Under the pieces are notes generated by a model. It worked only from the letters and a program-made list of their open reading frames with translations, had not been told where the DNA came from and searched no databases. Both the position numbers and the translations under genes were made by a program. A DNA stretch of 63,442 nt, the filler included, from Malassezia furfur (Eukaryota), in assembly GCA_052055015.1 (NCBI GenBank). It is 18 parts of 18 records of this genome, joined end to end, with 100 filler letters (N's around TTAATTAATTAA, not from the genome) between each part and the next. Parts side by side here need not be neighbours in the genome. Positions count along the whole stretch, not along the records: positions 56,603 to 59,975 come from JBQJIT010000779.1; positions 60,076 to 63,442 come from JBQJIT010000780.1; 16 more parts are not named here. One strand, 5' to 3'. Shown piece after piece: positions 57,417 to 63,442 of the stretch. The number at the start of each line of letters is the position of its first letter. The stretch's first letter is position 1.

Positions 57417-59975
57417 CTATGAGATTCGGATGACGACCACGCCGCTGTCCTTGTCGGATTCGCCGTCTTCGTCCAACGCACGTGCAGCATCTTCGAGCGG
57501 GAGAATGGACTGGATGCGGGGGCAAATTGCGCCGCGCTGGGCGGCGACTTTGATGGATTCCAGGGCGATGCGGCAGTCGGGACCGGCGTCGATGCCGATC
57601 CACTCGTAGCCGATGCCTTTGCGGTCCTTGCGGAAGAAGGAGCGGCGGAGCGAGCGGAGATGCGAGCGGTACGTCGGCGTGGGCAGTGCACGGTCGTCGC
57701 CGTAGCACGTCACAAACTGCCCCTGGTGCGCCAGGATGCGACGGCACGCGTCATAGATGTGGCGCCCGCCAATGGTGTCGACGATCAGGTTAAAGCTGGA
57801 CTCGTGGAGCAGGTTGATCGCCCAGAGCGCCTCGCCTGTGATGACTTCCGTCGCGCCGTTCGCCTCGCAGATGCTCACGCCATCGGCGGCGTGCGCCGGG
57901 ACATGCGCAATGATGATCAGGCCGAGCCGCGACGCTTCCTGCATCGCGAGCAGCCCAATGCCGTCGTGCGCATTGAGGATGAGCACACGCGCGCCGCGCG
58001 GCAGCACCATGCAGTGGTTCTGTACAATCTGGTGCACCATCACACCCGTGCTCGGCAGCGCGGCGATCTGCTCGGCGCTCAGGCGGCCTTCGGGCGCAAG
58101 CGCACACAGGTCTTGGTCGATGCTCATAAACTCGGCGAGCGCGCCGCACTTGCGGTAGTCTTGCAGACCAAACACTGTGTCGCCCTTGCGCAGCTTCTTC
58201 ACATCCCAGCCGCTCTCGATCACGCGGCCACAGAAGCTGCGCCCGGGCACAAACGGCGTGCCGGGGTCGGTGTGTGCCCGCTCGCGGAGCAGTGCGCGGT
58301 CGATGTTGTCGATGGCGACCGCGATGATTTGCACGAGCACCTGCGTCGGGCTGATCTTGCGCGGCGGCGCCGAGTGCGACGAGAGTGCCACGGTCGACTG
58401 GACCGGCGCGTCGGGGGCGCCGTTCTTGTCGTCGCGGCGGCGGCGCGTGCCCTCGCTCGAGGTCGTCGACAGCTTGCGGCGCAGCGCACTGCCCGAGGCC
58501 GGCGGCACGTTGCTCGTGACATTGACCGTGATCATCGTCGGGCGGCTGCGCAGCAAATCCTTGGTCGAGATGCGCGTGCGACTCACCGACGAGCTCATGC
58601 TTGGCGGGCTCATCACGCTCTCGCTGTCGGTCGGTGCGAGGCCCAGCACGCGGTTCGTCGAGGCGCCCAGCGGCGCCTTCTTCATCACCGACGCCGTCGT
58701 GGGGTTCAGCACCGAGGTGCTTGCCGCCAGCGAGGGCTCCCGCGTGCCGAGTGGCGAGCCGGCCTGCTGCCGCAGCGTCGTGACGGCGCTTTGGGCGTCC
58801 ATGTCGGGGCTCGCACGCATGCGCGCGTCGGGCAGCGTCGGCGCGCGCAGCGCAGGCATCTGCGTGTCGTACCACGTCGACTGCCCGGCCACCGAGGCGG
58901 GCGGCGAGGCAAACTCGCCGCTCTCGGCGTACGGCACGGTGGGCGAGCCACGGAACCGGCCGCCCATCGCCACGTCGGGCGTCGAGCTGATGCGACGCAC
59001 ACCGCCAATCACCGGCGGCTCCTCCAACGGCGAAGTGGGTCGAGAGCTCTGCCGCTCGCTTGGCGGCAGTACCATTTGCGCACGCGGCGGCGCATGGCGC
59101 ACCGGCACAGGGCGGGGCGCACGCAGCGGCAGCGGCGCGCCGGGCGCCGTATGGCCGGGCGCCGGGGCGCCGGGCGACATGCTTGCGTACATGTTGGGAT
59201 GCATGCCCTGGGGAACGCCCTGGGGAACGCCCTGGGGAACGCCCTGGGGGACGATGCCTTCCGGCGCGCCCTGTGCATACTCAGGGCGCATGCGGGGGCG
59301 CACGTAGCCCTGCGGCGAAAAGCCGTACGCGGACGGCGACATGGGCAGGCGGCCGGGCGGGGGCGAGGCGTAGCCGCTCTGTGGCGCGCCGGCGGGGGGC
59401 ACCTGGGCAGCGCCCTGTGGCGCGCCTTGGAAAGCACCCGCCGGAGCGCCCTGCGCCTGCCCCTGGAGATGGGCCTGCGACGCACTCTGCGGCATGCCGG
59501 GGCGCACGGGCGCATAGCGCGGCACCTGGACCGGCGCACGCACGGCCGGGTATCCCTGCGCACCGACAGGTCCCGGGCGCGGCGCATACACCGGCACGCG
59601 GGGCACCGGCGGCACAGCCTCGTGCACCGGCGCGTCGTACGCCGCCGCCTCCGGTCCTGGCGTGGCGTACGCGGTGTGCGGCACGGTAGGCGGCGCACTC
59701 GGCACGCGGTTCGGCGTCATGGCCGCGTGCGCAGGGCGCGCGGGGTAGGCGTGCGGCGAGGCATACGGGCCCGGTGCATAGTACGCGTGCGTCGGCGAGC
59801 GCGGCATTGCGTGTGGCGGCTGCGACTGCTGCTGTGGCTGCGGCGACAGGGGCGGGCGCACGATGGGGCGCACCACGCCGGGCGCGCCGCTCTGCACCGG
59901 CACCGGGCGCGGGCGCACGTACCCGGCCCCCGGCGCGGGGGGACGCGGACGCGCGTGCGCATACGCCTGCGGCGC
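57417..59975 (-). CDS. MDR-superfamily oxidoreductase-like domain fused to a long Pro-rich disordered N-terminus, 5' truncated
   Basis: QVLVQIIAVAID, FVPGRSFCGRV, GDTVFGL, GALAEF, RVLILNAHDGIG and IVDTIGG. Confidence 0.8.
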   Translation of the reverse strand, partial: APQAYAHARPRPPAPGAGYVRPRPVPVQSGAPGVVRPIVRPPLSPQPQQQSQPPHAMPRSPTHAYYAPGPYASPHAYPARPAHAAMTPNRVPSAPPTVPHTAYATPGPEAAAYDAPVHEAVPPVPRVPVYAPRPGPVGAQGYPAVRAPVQVPRYAPVRPGMPQSASQAHLQGQAQGAPAGAFQGAPQGAAQVPPAGAPQSGYASPPPGRLPMSPSAYGFSPQGYVRPRMRPEYAQGAPEGIVPQGVPQGVPQGVPQGMHPNMYASMSPGAPAPGHTAPGAPLPLRAPRPVPVRHAPPRAQMVLPPSERQSSRPTSPLEEPPVIGGVRRISSTPDVAMGGRFRGSPTVPYAESGEFASPPASVAGQSTWYDTQMPALRAPTLPDARMRASPDMDAQSAVTTLRQQAGSPLGTREPSLAASTSVLNPTTASVMKKAPLGASTNRVLGLAPTDSESVMSPPSMSSSVSRTRISTKDLLRSRPTMITVNVTSNVPPASGSALRRKLSTTSSEGTRRRRDDKNGAPDAPVQSTVALSSHSAPPRKISPTQVLVQIIAVAIDNIDRALLRERAHTDPGTPFVPGRSFCGRVIESGWDVKKLRKGDTVFGLQDYRKCGALAEFMSIDQDLCALAPEGRLSAEQIAALPSTGVMVHQIVQNHCMVLPRGARVLILNAHDGIGLLAMQEASRLGLIIIAHVPAHAADGVSICEANGATEVITGEALWAINLLHESSFNLIVDTIGGRHIYDACRRILAHQGQFVTCYGDDRALPTPTYRSHLRSLRRSFFRKDRKGIGYEWIGIDAGPDCRIALESIKVAAQRGAICPRIQSILPLEDAARALDEDGESDKDSGVVVIRIS
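59205..59250 (-). repeat. 12-bp coding tandem repeat encoding (PQGV)n
   Basis: CCCTGGGGAACG repeated three times plus a partial unit on the plus strand. Confidence 0.8.
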
Positions 59976-60075
59976 NNNNNNNNNNNNNNNNNNNNNNNNN
60001 NNNNNNNNNNNNNNNNNNNTTAATTAATTAANNNNNNNNNNNNNNNNNNNNNNNNNNNNNNNNNNNNNNNNNNNN

Positions 60076-60392
60076 CACGGTGTTCGCCGTGTACTGCGTG
60101 ATGCGCACGACCATGTTCTTGTCGAGCGTGCGGTCCTCGACGAGCGGCTTGAGCTGCGTCGCAAGCATGGCTGCAGGGTGAGTGGGGGGCGCACACGCAC
60201 GCACGTACCTTGCGCATAGTACACGCCGTCGCTCAACACGACGCGGTAGCGCTCGCTGACGTTGGCGCTCGCGTTGCTGGTTTGGAGTTTCTTGAGACTG
60301 AGCACCTGGCACACGGGGTCCGCGACCGCGGAGCCGCTCGATGCGTCGAGCATCTGCGCCAGGACGCCCGAGGTGAGTTCTTCGACCGCCAT
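60076..60392 (-). CDS. RFA1: Replication protein A large subunit, N-terminal fragment; intron 60171-60208
   Basis: LTSG...PVCQVLSLKK...RYRVVLSDG..YAQAMLATQL (RPA70N OB fold). Confidence 0.92.
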
Positions 60393-60640
60393 GCTACGCG
60401 TTCGCCGGTGGCAAGAGCGTGGCGCGTGCCGCGGCGCGCGCGCGGCGCGTCGCGTGCGCCTCCCCCGCGCCCACGCGCCCTTCGGCCGAATCGGCCGAGA
60501 GATAAATGGCGCCCAAGGCGGCGCGCGTGGTCGACGGGCGTCTGGGGACGAGGGCGCCGCATTTGCGCCCGGCTGCATCCCTTCCTGCACCGCGTCGGGC
60601 GAGGCGATGCACTAGCGACCACGCCGGCCCCCTTCCCAGC

Positions 60641-63305
60641 ATGGACGAGCGACCCAAACAAGGGTGGAACTGGGTACGTCACGCGCACGCGCACTCACAC
60701 GCAGTCCCACACCATCCCCCAGGCCTCCCAGGTCCACCGCGAGCGCGCCCACTTCTTCGCACCGCAGCAGGCGCCCGAGGATGCGCGCCCTCCCCCGCCG
60801 CGCCCCGACTCGCGCAGCGCCTTGAGCGCGACGCACCCCGCCTCGCTCGCGCCCAACACGCAGTCGCCGCCGAGCGGCCAAAGCACCGCGTCGTCGTCGT
60901 CGCCCACAGCGTCGTCCGCCCTGCACAGCGGCGCGCTCGGCTCGCCGGTTACACGCACCTCGCAGCTGCGCACCGCCAACGCGATGCCCACGCACCGCGC
61001 CTCGCCGCCGCCCACCGTGCTGAGCCGCGGCAAGGCGGCGCCCGCACCGGCGCTCACCGGCGCGTCGCTCGGGTCGGTGGCCCCCGCCTACCTCTCGCGC
61101 CCCACGCGCGATGCGCGCGCCCCCGCCAACGCGCCCTCGACGTCGTCCGCCTCCGAGACCGAAACCGAGACCGAGACCGAGGGTGAGACCGAGACCGAGA
61201 CCGAAACCGACACCGACGCCGACGCCGAGCCGGACGATGTGCGCGCCGCGCGCCGCGAAGAACACGAGAGCCGCATGCCTTTCTTATACCCCGTGCCGCA
61301 AGACATGGCCGAGCAGATGCCCATCCCCTCGAGCGGGTTCGCCACGCCGCGCGGCTCGCTGTCGGCCGCCGGCACGCCGCGCATCGACACATTGGGCGTG
61401 TCGCCGGGGATGGGCGCGTTTGGCGGGCGGGCAACGACGCCCATCTGGGGGCCCGGCAGCCTGTCGGGCGCGAGCACCAGTGCGGGCTTCGCGGCCTCGC
61501 GGCGCTCGTCGCACAGCCGCCTGCCCTCGCTCAACCTGGGCCCGCGCGACGCCTCCTACACCGGCACGTCGGGCGGGTGGGGCAGCCTGCGCGGCACGGC
61601 GCTGCCCTCGCCGCGCACCGCGTCGGGGATGCCGTCGTACCTGCGCTCGGGCAGCCTGCGCACGCCGACGCTGCCGTCGGCGATCGAGGGCCACCCGACG
61701 AGCTTCCATCGCCCGTCGCTCACGCCGAGCGACGTGCCGGGCGCGCCGAGCGGCGCCGAGTCGCCACACGCGCTCTCCTCGTCGAACGATGCGCCGCTCG
61801 GCCCGTCGGCCATCTCGATGCAGCGCCGGCGGTCGAGCATGGTCGGCCAGCCCGCGCTGTGGATGACGTCGCGGCCCAGCTCACCGAGCGCCAGCGCCAT
61901 GATCACGCCGACGCAGCGCGATTTTCCCATCTCGCGCTCGCCGTCGGTGTTTGTGTCGCCGATGGTGTCGGCGGGCGCCGGCGAGGACGCGGCGCTCGCC
62001 GAGGTCACGCAGCGCCTGTCGCACCTGCCGTCGCCCATGGCGCAGAGCCCCGGGACGCCCGCCACGCCCAGCGGCTGGGCAGGCGCGCCGGGCGGCGACA
62101 TGCCGCTCACCGGCGCCCAGCTCGACTCACTGCACGCCGAGCTGGGGAACAAGCCGCTGTGGCAGCGGCGCGAGGCGACGCCGCTGCGCCTCTCGCGCAC
62201 GGGCTCCTCGACGTCGTTCCGCAACGTGCCCCCGAACGCCACACCGCCGGGGGCGCATACGCCGCGCACGCCGCTCGACGAGGCCAAGGACCGCGAGCTC
62301 TTCGAAGAGATCCGCGCGAACCGCTACTCGTCGATGCAGCCGTCGCCGCGCGGGCCGTTCGACCCGACGGCGGTGCTGCAGCGCGTCACGCAGTCGCTGC
62401 AGGAGCTGGGCTACGATGCGCCGCAGCGCACGCTGCCCTTCCGCCGCACGCGCGGCGCGAGCCTTAGCACCGTCGAGGACCCACTCGTGCTGCACGCGCC
62501 GCCCAAGGACGGCGAGGAGACCCTCCCGCCATACCTGTGCACGGTGCACATCGAGGGCTTCCTCCCGCGCAAGGTGGAGCTGGAGCGCTCGGGCGAGCCG
62601 GCGACGGGGCGCGGGTGGAAGCGCTGCTACGTCGTGCTGCAGGGCACGACGCTCCACGTCTACGACACGGACGTCTCGACGCTGTACGACCGCACGTGCA
62701 ACGCCGCGTTCGTCTGGCAGCTGCACAACGCCACGCACGTCCACACCGAGCCGCTCAGCGAGGCATGGCAGCCACCCACGCAGCCCGCGACGCGCGACGC
62801 AGGCGCAGACACCAACGCGTCCGACGGGCTGCTCAACAAGGGCTACGCCCTCGCCTCGGCCGTCGGCTCGTCGCTGCTCGCCTACGGCAAGGACACGCCC
62901 GACGCCGTTGCCGCGCGCCGCACCGCGCTCGAACAGGCGCTGCGCCAGCATCACGTACGCTCCTACTCGCTGCAGTGGGGCGAGTGCGGCTTTGCCGCCG
63001 ACTACACCAAGCGGCGCCACGTGATCCGCGTGCGCGCCGAGGGCGAGCAGTTCCTGCTACAGACACGCAACGACTTCCACATGGTGGAGTGGATCGAGGC
63101 GCTCCAGGCGGCGATCAACGTATCCCTCGACCTCGACGGGCGGCCGATGCCCAAGTTTGCAACGCTCCCGCGCCGCCGCCGCCGCCGACGCGGCTCGGAA
63201 GCCATCGCGCTCCGCTCGGACCGCCACGCCGCCGACCCGGCGGCGGGCGCACGTCCCTCGCACACCTCACACACTTCCGCGGCCCCCACGCCGATGGTGG
63301 CATAG
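60641..63305 (+). CDS. PH-domain protein of the YHR131C/YNL144C type with a long Ser/Pro-rich N-terminus; intron 60674-60704
   Basis: LPPYLCTVHIEG..RK.E, W...YVVLQGT.L, YSLQ.GE.G.A.DY.KR..V.RVRAEGEQFLL, WIE.LQA.....DLD.R.MP and PRRRRRR. Confidence 0.8.
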
Positions 63306-63442
63306 GATGTACAATAGTCTATTTCGGGCGCTTTAGTGCCGCAAAGCGCGACATGAGTGCGTCCCAGTCGGAGTGCGCCGCGGCGGGCGCGGCTGGCGCG
63401 GCTGGCGCGGCAGACGCGGCTGGTCCCCCGGCCGTGCTCGGT

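Noticed and set aside
1721..60023. Many long antisense or alternative-frame ORFs (e.g. 1721-2983, 8216-9796, 53800-56148, 57660-60023)
   Set aside because: These are shadow ORFs caused by high GC and codon bias. They are Arg/Ala-rich, lack motifs and overlap well-supported genes.
3523..60075. Regularly spaced TTAATTAATTAA repeats about every 3.5 kb (CRISPR-like or piggyBac TTAA-like)
   Set aside because: Each is embedded in N runs of fixed length. It is an artificial six-frame-stop linker, and the periodicity comes from size-sorted contigs.
1..63442. Functional gene cluster spanning the window (e.g. mitochondrial or trafficking genes)
   Set aside because: Genes on different contigs are unlinked, and within contigs the neighbours are functionally unrelated housekeeping genes.

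Overview
This is not one locus. The window holds 18 unrelated contigs of about 3.4-3.5 kb, in size order (3522 down to 3367 bp), joined by an artificial 100-bp spacer (44 N + TTAATTAATTAA + 44 N). The DNA is from a GC-rich, extremely gene-dense basidiomycete yeast. Gene content, tiny introns, compaction and a sphingomyelinase array all point to Malassezia, probably the M. furfur group (inference). About 40 mostly housekeeping genes or gene fragments and one intron-containing tRNA-Ser(AGA) can be reconstructed by hand once the introns are removed. Main points: (1) about 40 ultra-short spliceosomal introns, nearly all 21-38 nt and many 21-23 nt, with the branch point almost fused to the 3' splice site; (2) two diverged copies of one three-gene block (SPF45-like / MED4 / unknown) on separate contigs, suggesting a hybrid or mixed-strain genome; (3) an in-frame TAG replacing the conserved Gln in the AP-2 mu GYPQ motif; (4) an AT-richer tandem array of acid-sphingomyelinase-like genes, with a decayed copy and a copy lacking a metal-ligand His; (5) divergent start codons 30-61 bp apart and convergent stops 2-4 bp apart, with recurrent CACGTG boxes in promoters. 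I found no convincing mobile element, CRISPR array or prokaryote-type system. Adjacency across spacers has no biological meaning.
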